DNA of 64,000 nucleotides from an uncultured Thermodesulfovibrio sp. (GCA_964542175.1 CAZITN010000001.1:8891-72890), one strand, 5' to 3'; positions 45,868 through 55,291 are shown, numbered from the stretch's first letter. The notes: a model not told the origin generated them from the letters alone. Numbers and translations are program-made.

Positions 45868-46003
45868 GTTATTGGTATATTGGTGTATTGGTTATTGGCT
45901 AAAGACCATCACTGGTCATAGGGTTAATAAGTTATCAGGTTACTCAGCCTTAAGCTTGACCTTAACCTTAGCCTCAACCTATCTTTTCTCCCTACCCGCT
46001 GTC
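45868..46003 (+). repeat. family-1 modular intergenic repeat, copy E (long form W1-W2-W3-W4-W5)
   Basis: Words attggtatattggtgtattggttattgg, taaagaccatcactggtcatagggttaataa, gttatcaggttactcagcc, ttaagcttgaccttaaccttagcc and ccctacccgct. Confidence 0.8.
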
Positions 46004-46007
46004 TTTA

Positions 46008-47132
46008 TTATGATTCTATCACGCCGTTCAGGAGAGATTCAACGGAGGTGACTGTAGCCTCTGCCTTCCTGGGTCTTGCCTTGATATTCAGCACTGTATC
46101 TGGATCTTTCAGTCCTGCTCCTGTAAGGGTACAGACAACAGTCTCTCCACCCTTGAAGTATCCTTCATTGTATAGCTTCAGTACTCCTGCAAGGGAAGCG
46201 GCTGATGCAGGTTCGCAGAAGATGCCTTCCAGGGAGGCTACCAGTTTGTATGCGCTCAATATCTCATCATCAGTAACAGCCTCGATCCTGCCTCCTGATT
46301 CATCACGGGCCCTCACCGCCTTCTGCCAGCTTGCGGGGTTCCCGATCCTTATGGCAGTTGCAATGGTCTCTGGATTCTCCACAGGCCTTCCGAGTACGAT
46401 CGGGGCAGCACCGGCAGCCTGGAACCCGAGCATCCTCGGGAGTGAACTGATCCGGCCTGCCTCGTAGTATTCCCTGTATCCCTTCCAGTAGGCTGTGATG
46501 TTTCCTGCATTGCCTACGGGGAGTGCATGAAACTCGGGGGCATCCCCGAGCTGGTCCGCCACTTCGAAGGCCGCGGTCTTCTGGCCTTCAAGCCTGAATG
46601 GATTGATGGAGTTGACGAGGGTGATCGGGTGTCGCTCAACCATCTCCTTTACGATCCTGAGGGCCTGATCAAAGTTTCCCTCGATCTGGATTATCTCAGC
46701 TCCGTGTATCATCGCCTGGACAAGTTTACCAATGGCGATCTTTCCCTCGGGAATAAGAACCACTGATTTTATTCCTGCACGGGCTGCATAGGCTGCTGCT
46801 GAAGCAGAGGTGTTTCCTGTTGAGGCGCATATCACCGCCCTAGCACCATCCTCCATCGCCTTGGAGATCGCCATGGTCATACCCCTGTCCTTGAAGGAAC
46901 CTGTAGGATTTGCACCATCAAACTTGAAATACAGGTCAAGGTCTATCCCGAGGCTTGGAGGAATATTTACAGCCTTGATAAGGGGAGTATTTCCTTCCCT
47001 GAGGGTGATTATGGGAGTGTTCTCATTTACTGGCAGGAACTCACGGTACTCATGCAAGAGCCCTCTCCAGGAGTTGCACATTCGGGGTTTCTGTTCCGAT
47101 GAATCAGACAATTGGGATTCACTATGAGCCAT
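46008..47132 (-). CDS. thrC: threonine synthase (short bacterial type)
   Basis: [20 protein letters not shown] and PLP-lysine motif [10 protein letters not shown]. The start is uncertain: ATG 47132, TTG 47138 or ATG 47081. Confidence 0.88.
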   Translation of the reverse strand: MAHSESQLSDSSEQKPRMCNSWRGLLHEYREFLPVNENTPIITLREGNTPLIKAVNIPPSLGIDLDLYFKFDGANPTGSFKDRGMTMAISKAMEDGARAVICASTGNTSASAAAYAARAGIKSVVLIPEGKIAIGKLVQAMIHGAEIIQIEGNFDQALRIVKEMVERHPITLVNSINPFRLEGQKTAAFEVADQLGDAPEFHALPVGNAGNITAYWKGYREYYEAGRISSLPRMLGFQAAGAAPIVLGRPVENPETIATAIRIGNPASWQKAVRARDESGGRIEAVTDDEILSAYKLVASLEGIFCEPASAASLAGVLKLYNEGYFKGGETVVCTLTGAGLKDPDTVLNIKARPRKAEATVTSVESLLNGVIES

Positions 47133-47185
47133 CCTCAAAAATCCTCCTTAAAAAAAGAATTTCAAAAAAGGAACGGGATGCTGAA

Positions 47186-47422
47186 TCATTCAAAAAAGTC
47201 ACCTTCTATCAGTTCCACTTCCACCCCCTGGTTCCTCAGGGACTGTATACCGTTTTCCAGGTTTTCTTCAGTGCCTTCCAGTTCAAGAACCATCTCTCCG
47301 ACCGTCTCTGTCACACGGGCACGCCTTATGTTCGGCATGATATCAAACTTCTTTGCCATGGTGAATATCACCGGTTCCTTAATCAGATGCTGGGGGAATG
47401 TAAGCCTTACCCTTTTAGTCAT
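47186..47422 (-). CDS. NIL-domain protein (stand-alone, 78 aa)
   Basis: It resembles the MetN C-terminal NIL domain (RLTFPQHLIKEPVI...NIRRARV...GEMVLELEG). ATGA overlap with the upstream ThiS-like gene. Confidence 0.65.
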   Translation of the reverse strand: MTKRVRLTFPQHLIKEPVIFTMAKKFDIMPNIRRARVTETVGEMVLELEGTEENLENGIQSLRNQGVEVELIEGDFFE

Positions 47423-47703
47423 GAGACCCCCTTTCCTCCTGCTATGGCAGGAACTATGGAGACTTCGTCTCCGTCCTTGACTTCCGTATTCTCAGCCTGG
47501 AGAAAACGGATATCCTCTTCATTGACATAGATGTTTACAAACCGTCTGATCTTTCCATCCTCGGAAACCCTTTCACCAATGCCGGGGTAGCGGGAGTCAA
47601 GATCATTTATAAGGTCAATGATCCTGCCCGGTTTTCCTTCGACCTCCTCCTTTCCCTCGGTCAGTCTCTGCAGAGGAGTGGGAATTCTTACTTTGACAGC
47701 CAT
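47419..47703 (-). CDS. ThiS/MoaD-family sulfur-carrier protein with 4-residue extension after the GG motif
   Basis: 94-aa beta-grasp protein (MAVKVRIPTPL...DGDEVSIVPAIAGG-KGVS). Confidence 0.75.
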   Translation of the reverse strand: MAVKVRIPTPLQRLTEGKEEVEGKPGRIIDLINDLDSRYPGIGERVSEDGKIRRFVNIYVNEEDIRFLQAENTEVKDGDEVSIVPAIAGGKGVS

Positions 47704-47727
47704 GTTAATACCCCCTTTCCTGTATGT

Positions 47728-48957
47728 TCATTTCTTTTTGAGTGCCTCTTCAAAGGCCTGCAGATTTGGTTTTATATATATGGGTTCACTCATCCTGCCC
47801 TGAAGGGCCTCCTGGGTCTTCATCCCGTTTCCTGTGACACATATCACTGTGAGCTCATTCCTGTCTATGTATCCCTTCTCAATGAGTTTTCTCGTAACCG
47901 CCACAGTAACACCTCCGGCGGTCTCTGCAAAGATCCCCTCTGTTCTTGCAAGGGTCTTCATGCCCTCGATTATCTCATCGTCAGTGACCTCTTCCCCGAA
48001 GCCGCCTGAGTCCTTGACAACTCTGTAGGCATAGAAGCCGTCAGCAGGGTTTCCAATAGCAAGGGATTTCGCTACAGTATCCGGCTTGATAGGCCTTATT
48101 ACGTCGGTGTCGTTCTTGATGGCAGTAACGATGGGGTTACAGCCCTCTGCCTGGGCTGCAAATATCCTGGTATCGGCTGACTTGAGGATGCCCACTTCCT
48201 TCAACTCCTTGAATGCCTTGTGCACCTTTGTAAGAAGGGACCCGCTTGCACAGGGTACGACCACGTTGTCAGGTGCCCTCCAGCCCAGCTGCTCTGCAAT
48301 CTCAAACCCGATGGTCTTGGAACCCTCTGCATAGAAGGGCCTGATGTTTATGTTCACGAAGGCCCAGCGGTACTTGTTGGCTATCTCACTGCAGAGGCGG
48401 TTTACATCGTCATAGTTTCCGTCAACAGCGATAAGGTTCGGTTCAAAGACAAGGGAGGCCACGATCTTGCTTGCCTCAAGGGTGGCCGGTATGAAGATGA
48501 ACCTCTCAAAACCTGCCTTTGCACCATGGGCAGAGACGGAATGGGCCAGATTGCCCGTTGAGGCGCAGGCTACTGTATCAAAACCAAACTCCTTTGCCTT
48601 TGTCAGGGCAACGGCAACAACCCTGTCCTTAAACGAGAGGGTAGGGTGGGCAACGGTATCATCCTTTATGTAGAGCTCTTTTACCCCCAGCTCTCTTGCA
48701 AGGTTGTCAGCCTTCACCAGTGGCGTAAACCCTGAGTTGAGGCCCACCTGGGGCTCACCATCTATGGGCAGGAGTTCCCTGTATCGCCAGAGGTTTTCGT
48801 CCCTGTTTTCGATTTTCTTCCTGCTGACAGCTTTCCTGATTCTGGAATAATCGTAAACGACCTCGAGTGGGCCGAAACAGAACTCACAAACATAAATGGG
48901 ATCAATGCCGTATTCCCTTCCACATTCTCTGCATTTCAGTCCGCTAACAAAACCCAT
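47728..48957 (-). CDS. threonine synthase-family PLP enzyme with N-terminal zinc ribbon (second ThrC paralog; possible sulfur-carrier-dependent sulfhydrylase)
   Basis: LKCRECG...CEFCFG zinc ribbon and PLP-lysine motif PTLSFKDR. Start set at ATG 48957 with AAGGAGG upstream; the track start adds 50 aa. Confidence 0.8.
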   Translation of the reverse strand: MGFVSGLKCRECGREYGIDPIYVCEFCFGPLEVVYDYSRIRKAVSRKKIENRDENLWRYRELLPIDGEPQVGLNSGFTPLVKADNLARELGVKELYIKDDTVAHPTLSFKDRVVAVALTKAKEFGFDTVACASTGNLAHSVSAHGAKAGFERFIFIPATLEASKIVASLVFEPNLIAVDGNYDDVNRLCSEIANKYRWAFVNINIRPFYAEGSKTIGFEIAEQLGWRAPDNVVVPCASGSLLTKVHKAFKELKEVGILKSADTRIFAAQAEGCNPIVTAIKNDTDVIRPIKPDTVAKSLAIGNPADGFYAYRVVKDSGGFGEEVTDDEIIEGMKTLARTEGIFAETAGGVTVAVTRKLIEKGYIDRNELTVICVTGNGMKTQEALQGRMSEPIYIKPNLQAFEEALKKK

Positions 48958-49105
48958 CTCAGCCTCCTTGTCAAATCTGCGGTTTGTCCTGTATGGTAAG
49001 GTATATATTTTACAGGAATTTCCATAGAAAAATGAAGTAGTGACCAGTTGATGAATACGGTGGTGCTTGCCGCCGGATTCTTTATTTTGGGATAATAACA
49101 TGGTC

Positions 49106-50410
49106 ATGAAGAAGGTCTATATAAAAACATTCGGCTGTCAGATGAATGTGCACGATACTGAGAGGATGCTTGGAGTCCTCCTTGACAGTGGATATCAGCC
49201 CACTGATGAGCCCCGTGAGGCCGATCTCATAGTCTTCAATACCTGCAGTATCAGGGAAAAGGCAGAGCAGAAGTTCTACAGCCAGCTTGGCAGAACCAAG
49301 CACTTCAAGAGAAAGAATCCTGGACTCAGAATCGCCGTGGCTGGCTGTATTGCCCAGCAGGAAGGGGAAACCCTCAGGGAGCGCTTTCCCTATCTTGATG
49401 CAGTTATCGGCCCCCAGAACATTGCCAGGGTATGGGAGTTAGAGGCCCTCGGAAAAAAAATATTGACTGAAGACAATCCTGATATTGCTATGGAAGACCT
49501 TCCTGCATACAGAAAGGAAGGGGTGAGCGCTTGGGTAAACATAATGTACGGCTGTAACAACTTCTGCTCCTATTGTGTGGTTCCCTTCACAAGGGGAAGG
49601 GAGAGGTCCAGGCCCATCTCCTCAATCGAGGATGAGGTAAGGGGACTTGTTGAAGAAGGATACCGGGAAGTCACCCTTTTAGGGCAGAACGTCAATTCCT
49701 ACAGTGGAGAGGTTGGATTTCCTGTGCTTCTTCGAAGGTTGAACAGGATAGAGGGGCTCGAAAGGATAAGGTTTGTCACCTCCCATCCAAAGGATTTCGG
49801 GGAGGAGCTGATAGCAGCAATGAAGGAGTCCGAAAAGGTCTGTGAACATATCCATCTCCCGCTCCAGTCCGGTTCTGACAGGATACTCCAGCTGATGAAC
49901 AGGCGGTACACCTTCGGTGAATATATGGAAAAGATTCAACGTCTCAGAAAGGAGATACCTGATATCGCCATAACCACGGATATTATTGCAGGTTTTCCCT
50001 CGGAGACCGATCAGGACCACAGGATGACCGTTCAGGCCCTCCGGGAAGTGGAGTTTGACGGCATCTTTGCCTTCAAGTATTCCCCCCGTCCCCGGACCAG
50101 GGCACTGGAACTTGAGGGGCACCTTCCCGATGAGGTTAAGGCAGAGAGGCTCCAGGAGATCCTACAACTTCAGGATCTCATAACGGAGAAGAAAAACCTT
50201 ACCTATCTCGGCAGGACTGTACAGGTGCTTGTAGAGGGAAGGGCAGAAGGCAAAAATGGGTTTTTCACCGGTAGAACAAGGACCAACAAGATAGTGAATA
50301 TTGCCTCTTCAGATGAGATAGCTCCTGGAAGCCTTCTCGATGTCACCATTGAAAAAACCTTCAGGCATAGCCTGGAGGGTCATTACCCGGGGGGACCCTC
50401 TCTTTCATGA
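49106..50410 (+). CDS. miaB: tRNA-i6A37 methylthiotransferase MiaB
   Basis: UPF0004 N-domain (IKTFGCQMN), radical SAM motif CNNFCSYC and a TRAM domain. Confidence 0.9.
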   Translation: MKKVYIKTFGCQMNVHDTERMLGVLLDSGYQPTDEPREADLIVFNTCSIREKAEQKFYSQLGRTKHFKRKNPGLRIAVAGCIAQQEGETLRERFPYLDAVIGPQNIARVWELEALGKKILTEDNPDIAMEDLPAYRKEGVSAWVNIMYGCNNFCSYCVVPFTRGRERSRPISSIEDEVRGLVEEGYREVTLLGQNVNSYSGEVGFPVLLRRLNRIEGLERIRFVTSHPKDFGEELIAAMKESEKVCEHIHLPLQSGSDRILQLMNRRYTFGEYMEKIQRLRKEIPDIAITTDIIAGFPSETDQDHRMTVQALREVEFDGIFAFKYSPRPRTRALELEGHLPDEVKAERLQEILQLQDLITEKKNLTYLGRTVQVLVEGRAEGKNGFFTGRTRTNKIVNIASSDEIAPGSLLDVTIEKTFRHSLEGHYPGGPSLS

Positions 50411-51666
50411 AGTTTGCCGTCTTGACTCTCGGCTGCAAGACCAACCTCTCAGAGAGTGATGAGATCAAGAGACAGGTCATCAGTACTGGAGGGAGTCTGG
50501 TCAGCCTCGGGGAAGATCCTGACTACTGCATAATAAACACCTGTACGGTGACAGGGAAGTCCGATTACCAGTCAAGGCAGCTTATCAGAAGGGCCCTCCG
50601 TGCTGGTGCCAAGGTTGTCGTAACAGGATGCTACGCCCAGCTAAGACCTGCTGAGATCAAGGAGATATCTGAAGATATCAAGATATACAATATAACTGAA
50701 AAAATACATATAGTCAAAGACATAATAGGTAAAAATTCAAGCAGAACATTAGATGTTCGCGATAGATCCTACCTCGCCTTCAGAAGGACAAGGCCCTTTA
50801 TAAAAATACAGGATGGCTGTAATCACAGTTGCACCTACTGTAACATTACATTGGCAAGGGGCAGATCAAGGAGCCTGGAGATAGAAGACATCCTCTGTCG
50901 CATAGCCCATCTTGAGGAGGAGGGCTTCCGGGAAGTCGTACTGACCGGCGTACACATTGGACTCTACGGATCTGACCTCAACACTAAAGCAAAGCTTGCA
51001 GATTTAGTAAATAGTATCTTGAAAAATAGCAAAAAAATAAGAGTCAGACTTGGTTCTCTCGAGGTGAATGAGCTTGATGAAGAGATAATAAATCTGTTAG
51101 GACATCCAAGGCTCTGTTCTCATATCCATATCCCTTTACAATCAGGAGACGACAGGATACTTAGAAGAATGAACAGACTGTACAGTGCCAGGGATTTTTT
51201 CCGTAAAGTAGAGAAGCTTGCCTCTGAGGTGAAAGGTATCTCAATCGGAACAGATGTGATCGTGGGTTTTCCTGGTGAAGACGATAAGTCTTTCAGGCAA
51301 ACGGCTGAGATGATTGCTGATTCAGCTTTAACATACCTCCATATCTTTCCGTTTTCACCACGACCTGGAACAGTGGCTGCCGGTATGCCCGGAGAAGTGC
51401 CAGGCGAGATAAAGAAAGAGCGGGTGAGGGTGCTCAGAGAGACTGACAGGAAGCTGCGTTTGAGGTTCAGGCATTCCCAGATACTTGAGATTCTTGATGT
51501 TATTGGAGAGGAGGTTGTTGAAGACGGCTATATCAAAGGAAAGTCCTCCAATTACCTTAATATCTATTACAAAAACAAGCGCTTTCAGCAGGGTGAACTT
51601 GTAGAAGTCAAAATAGATGAGCTCTTCAGAGACGGTCTTCGTGGAATTGCAACTAAAATCTGCTAA
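50407..51666 (+). CDS. MtaB-like radical SAM methylthiotransferase
   Basis: LTLGCKTN N-domain and CNHSCTYC radical SAM motif. ATGA overlap with miaB. Confidence 0.85.
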   Translation: MKFAVLTLGCKTNLSESDEIKRQVISTGGSLVSLGEDPDYCIINTCTVTGKSDYQSRQLIRRALRAGAKVVVTGCYAQLRPAEIKEISEDIKIYNITEKIHIVKDIIGKNSSRTLDVRDRSYLAFRRTRPFIKIQDGCNHSCTYCNITLARGRSRSLEIEDILCRIAHLEEEGFREVVLTGVHIGLYGSDLNTKAKLADLVNSILKNSKKIRVRLGSLEVNELDEEIINLLGHPRLCSHIHIPLQSGDDRILRRMNRLYSARDFFRKVEKLASEVKGISIGTDVIVGFPGEDDKSFRQTAEMIADSALTYLHIFPFSPRPGTVAAGMPGEVPGEIKKERVRVLRETDRKLRLRFRHSQILEILDVIGEEVVEDGYIKGKSSNYLNIYYKNKRFQQGELVEVKIDELFRDGLRGIATKIC

Positions 51667-51820
51667 CCCCCGTGAACTAAAGAAAAATTCCGATGCTCAA
51701 ATCTTATTCATTCCCGTTAAGCCCATATAAAAACAGGTGCCTCCTGCACTTATAAACAGGGTTAGTAACAGGTTTTCCACAGGGAATGTTAAAATATAAC
51801 GTCTGATAATATATATTATG

Positions 51821-52996
51821 TTAAATCTTGTATTCATGGATATACTTCTCAACATCCTTTCCGTCCTTGAGTCTTCCTGCAAAGACCCCTTTCCTGATCT
51901 CATCGATCAGCCTGCCCAGTTCTACTCCACTAATCTCAGGCCTTAATTCCATGATTCGCTCACCGCTGACAAGAGGTTTAGTTGTCAGGCTTTTGAACTT
52001 CTCAGCCTCAGCAAAGAGATCGACCCTCCCCCTATAGAGGAGAAACTCAAAAACAGAGGGCCAGGCCTTTTTGTAAATACTGTATCTTACCTCTGACGAT
52101 TCAGGAAGATGTTCTATGTCCGCAACCCTCTCAAGCCCCTTGATCCTTCCCTTGAGTCTGGCTGGAACAATCACGAGCCTTTCCTTCTCGCTATTTTCTG
52201 AAAGATATTCCATAAACAGCAACTCGAGGCAAAGTAGTTTCAACAAGTCGAGTTTCTCACCGAGTATGTCCATGGTTAATTCATAAGGAGTTACTTTAAT
52301 TTTTTTATTAATCTCAAGAAGTTTATTGACAATTGAGCTCAACGTGCTGTTTTTTAAAGATAATAATATGTTCAAAATTCCATCTCTCAATGCCTCATCA
52401 AGCACACTAAGGAAGTATTCACCCCGAAAGGTCTTGATAAATTCCAAAGTTATTCTTTCAGGTGCAGATTCAGTAAGGAGTTCACGATTCCTGACAAGCC
52501 ATGATCTCGTCTGTTCATCAAACCTCCCCTGGATCTCGCTTAGAAACCTGTATCCACGGATTATCCTGACTGGATCCTTAGTGATATTTTCTTCCTTTAC
52601 AGCCCTGATGATTCCTCTCTCAAGGTCCCCTACCCCACCGGTGATATCAATAATTCCTTCAGAGGGATTATAGGCGATAGAATTAATGGTAAAGTCCCTG
52701 CTTGAGAGGTCCCTCTCAGGATTACCCTGTATTTTTGTGAAATCAAGGCTTGCGCCCTCTTCAGGGATGAGCCTGACAGTCAATCCATCTTTCATGGATA
52801 CCACCGTGCCGCCCGTTTCCATCTGAACGGCCCTGGCTGCTATCTCCGGGTCCTCCTTCAGGACATAATCCCTGTCCTTTGACTCCTTTCCCCTCAGCAA
52901 CTCCCGGATGAACCCGCCAACAAGCAGGGCCTGAGGAAACTTTTTGAATACTATTCTGTTATACAGATCTTTTTCTATCCTTGCTCGGATATTCAT
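51821..52996 (-). CDS. tRNA nucleotidyltransferase / poly(A) polymerase family protein (CCA-adding enzyme-like)
   Basis: GGFIRELLRGKESKDRDYV head-domain motif and RDFTINSIAY. Confidence 0.8.
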   Translation of the reverse strand: MNIRARIEKDLYNRIVFKKFPQALLVGGFIRELLRGKESKDRDYVLKEDPEIAARAVQMETGGTVVSMKDGLTVRLIPEEGASLDFTKIQGNPERDLSSRDFTINSIAYNPSEGIIDITGGVGDLERGIIRAVKEENITKDPVRIIRGYRFLSEIQGRFDEQTRSWLVRNRELLTESAPERITLEFIKTFRGEYFLSVLDEALRDGILNILLSLKNSTLSSIVNKLLEINKKIKVTPYELTMDILGEKLDLLKLLCLELLFMEYLSENSEKERLVIVPARLKGRIKGLERVADIEHLPESSEVRYSIYKKAWPSVFEFLLYRGRVDLFAEAEKFKSLTTKPLVSGERIMELRPEISGVELGRLIDEIRKGVFAGRLKDGKDVEKYIHEYKI

Positions 52997-53107
52997 ACTT
53001 TTAAGTATACTGATTTAAACGAATTTTCGTCTTATGAAGTTGTTGTATTCTTGATTTTTTCCGGAGAGGTTTTATATCTTAAATACACTCCTTAATATAC
53101 TCCTTCT

Positions 53108-53182
53108 GCGGGCGTAACTCAGCGGTAGAGTGTCAGCTTCCCAAGCTGAAGGTCGCGGGTTCAAATCCCGTCGCCCGCTCCA
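53108..53182 (+). tRNA. tRNA-Gly (anticodon CCC), CCA encoded
   Basis: Cloverleaf by eye. Acceptor gcgggcg/cgcccgc, anticodon arm cagct-TTCCCAA-agctg, T-arm gcggg-ttcaaat-cccgt, discriminator U and a 3' CCA. Confidence 0.92.
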
Positions 53183-53352
53183 CATCTCTTATGACTGCTA
53201 CAGGTCATTGGTGCTTTTCCCTTCGGCTTTTCCTTACAGTTGCATAAAATTTACCGGAAATGGCCCCCTGCCTCCTTATGCAACGTTAAGATTCCTTCTC
53301 CGGCTCTGCCTTCATCGAGCAGGTCTTTCCGGCTTTACGTTAAAATAAGGAT

Positions 53353-54270
53353 ATGAGACCTCTTGAGAGGCTGAAGGACCGTCTTGCCGGAATCCTGAGG
53401 GGCAAGGAGTCTGTCATAAGGATGGCTATTGTGACCCTTATCGGGAGGGGGCACCTTCTTATAGAGGATGTCCCGGGAGTCGGCAAGACCACCCTTGCCC
53501 TGGGCCTTGCCCGGGCTATGGACTGCTCATTCCAGAGGATACAGTTTACAAGCGATCTTCTCCCCTCTGATATCACTGGCGTAAACATCTTCAACCCCGA
53601 GCTGAGAGAGTTCAAGTTCAGCCCAGGCTCCATCTTTGCCAACATCGTGCTTGCCGATGAGATAAACAGGACAAACCCGAAAACACAGTCAGCCCTCCTT
53701 GAGGCAATGAGCGAAAGGAAGGTATCCATTGACAGAAGGACCTATCCTCTTCCCTCCCCGTTCATGGTGATTGCAACCCAGAACCCCTACGAATATCATG
53801 GGACCTTTCCCCTGCCTGAAAGCCAGCTTGACCGTTTCATGATTCACCTGAGGATAGGATATCCGGACTATGAGGTTGAAAAAGAGGTGATGCTCCAGGA
53901 TGGCAATATGGAAGAGATGGAGAACCTCCCCCATGTGATAAGCCGGGAGGAGGTGCTTTCTGCTCAGGCAGAAGTAGATTCAGTCCATGTGGATGAGTCG
54001 GTTCTGGATTATGCAATGAGGCTGGTCATGGCCACAAGAAAGGACGAGCGGATCCGCCTTGGCGTGAGCACCAGGGGCGGCCAGTTCCTTCTGAGGGCAG
54101 CCAGGGCACTTGCGGTTTATGAAGGCCGGGACTACCTTACCCCTGGAGATGTCATGGAGGTGGCCCCACTGTCTCTTGGCCACAGGATAATACTCAAGTC
54201 CAGGAATTATATCAGAGATGCCGATGAGATCATCAGAGAGATACTCGAGGAAATATCCGTTCCGCTATAG
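53353..54270 (+). CDS. MoxR-family AAA+ ATPase
   Basis: Walker A GVGKTT and Walker B LADEINR. Typical 305-aa MoxR length. Confidence 0.9.
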   Translation: MRPLERLKDRLAGILRGKESVIRMAIVTLIGRGHLLIEDVPGVGKTTLALGLARAMDCSFQRIQFTSDLLPSDITGVNIFNPELREFKFSPGSIFANIVLADEINRTNPKTQSALLEAMSERKVSIDRRTYPLPSPFMVIATQNPYEYHGTFPLPESQLDRFMIHLRIGYPDYEVEKEVMLQDGNMEEMENLPHVISREEVLSAQAEVDSVHVDESVLDYAMRLVMATRKDERIRLGVSTRGGQFLLRAARALAVYEGRDYLTPGDVMEVAPLSLGHRIILKSRNYIRDADEIIREILEEISVPL

Positions 54271-55291
54271 TCCTGTCTTTCAACACAGCCTCAGGTTGAC
54301 ACGGGAAGGAAAACGTTTCATTATCGCCCTTTCAGTCATCGCCTTCGCCGCCCTGAATACAGGAAACAACCTTATGTATCTTGTCTTCTCCTTTATGCTT
54401 GCCACGGCTCTCGTCGGATTATTCTCTCCCCTTGTTACATTAAGAAAGACCGTCCTTTTTGCTGATCCTGCTGATGAAATACATGCCGGAGAGCCGGCTC
54501 TGCTCAGTCTGATAATTCATAACAGCGGCCGGCTCTTTCATGCCCGGTCCCTGAGGATAAGCTCTGATCTCCTTCATCGAGAGGTTACGGCTGAGAAGGT
54601 TGCACCGGGTGAAGAGATATTTATCCGGGAAGAAGCTGTCTTCCCACGAAGGGGAAGGTACAGCCTAGGTGAAATCAGGATTGAGACAGGTTACCCTTTC
54701 ATATTCTTCAGGTTTCAGAAAAGATTCACCACAGGAAGGGAAGTCATCGTTTACCCGACACTCTTTGAGATGGACCCTCCCGGTCCTCCCAGGGCCACGG
54801 ATGCCACGCATACCGGACTCAGGGTGGTGTACGAGGATGAAGAGTTCTCTCATATCAGAGATTTCCGGGCCGGAGACCCCCTCAGGAAGATACACTGGAA
54901 GGCGACGGCAAAACATGGCTCCCTCAAAGCAAGGACCTTTCAGCCAGGCATATCGAAAGATGTTACTATCATCCTTGACAATGCCAGAACAGGGAGCCCT
55001 CTCTTTGAAAGGGCTGTCTCCCATGCAGCCACCCTCGCTGCCCTGTATATAGATGCAGGTTATCCTGTAAGGCTTATAACCTGCAGAAAGACCCTCCCCT
55101 TCGGGACTGGCCGCGAACATCTTTACAAGATATTTGACATACTCGCACTTATCGAGATGGAAGACTCACTGGAGTGTCCTGAAAGGGAGTCTATCTCAGG
55201 ATACTCCATTCTGATCCTGACCTCAGAAGACTCACCCATGGGTGAGTACAGGCCGGTCGTTACGGAGACAGTTCATGCCTCCCATCTATAA
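54218..55291 (+). CDS. DUF58 domain protein (vWA-like, MoxR partner)
   Basis: Two N-terminal TM helices and the DUF58 motif IRDFRAGDPLRKIHWKATAK. The start is uncertain: ATG 54218, ATG 54224 or an internal TTG. Confidence 0.8.
   Translation: MPMRSSERYSRKYPFRYSPVFQHSLRLTREGKRFIIALSVIAFAALNTGNNLMYLVFSFMLATALVGLFSPLVTLRKTVLFADPADEIHAGEPALLSLIIHNSGRLFHARSLRISSDLLHREVTAEKVAPGEEIFIREEAVFPRRGRYSLGEIRIETGYPFIFFRFQKRFTTGREVIVYPTLFEMDPPGPPRATDATHTGLRVVYEDEEFSHIRDFRAGDPLRKIHWKATAKHGSLKARTFQPGISKDVTIILDNARTGSPLFERAVSHAATLAALYIDAGYPVRLITCRKTLPFGTGREHLYKIFDILALIEMEDSLECPERESISGYSILILTSEDSPMGEYRPVVTETVHASHL

Noticed and set aside
53130-53348. 72-aa ORF overlapping tRNA-Gly
   Set aside because: It starts inside the tRNA gene and runs through the repeat fragment. 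It has no SD and an implausible composition.
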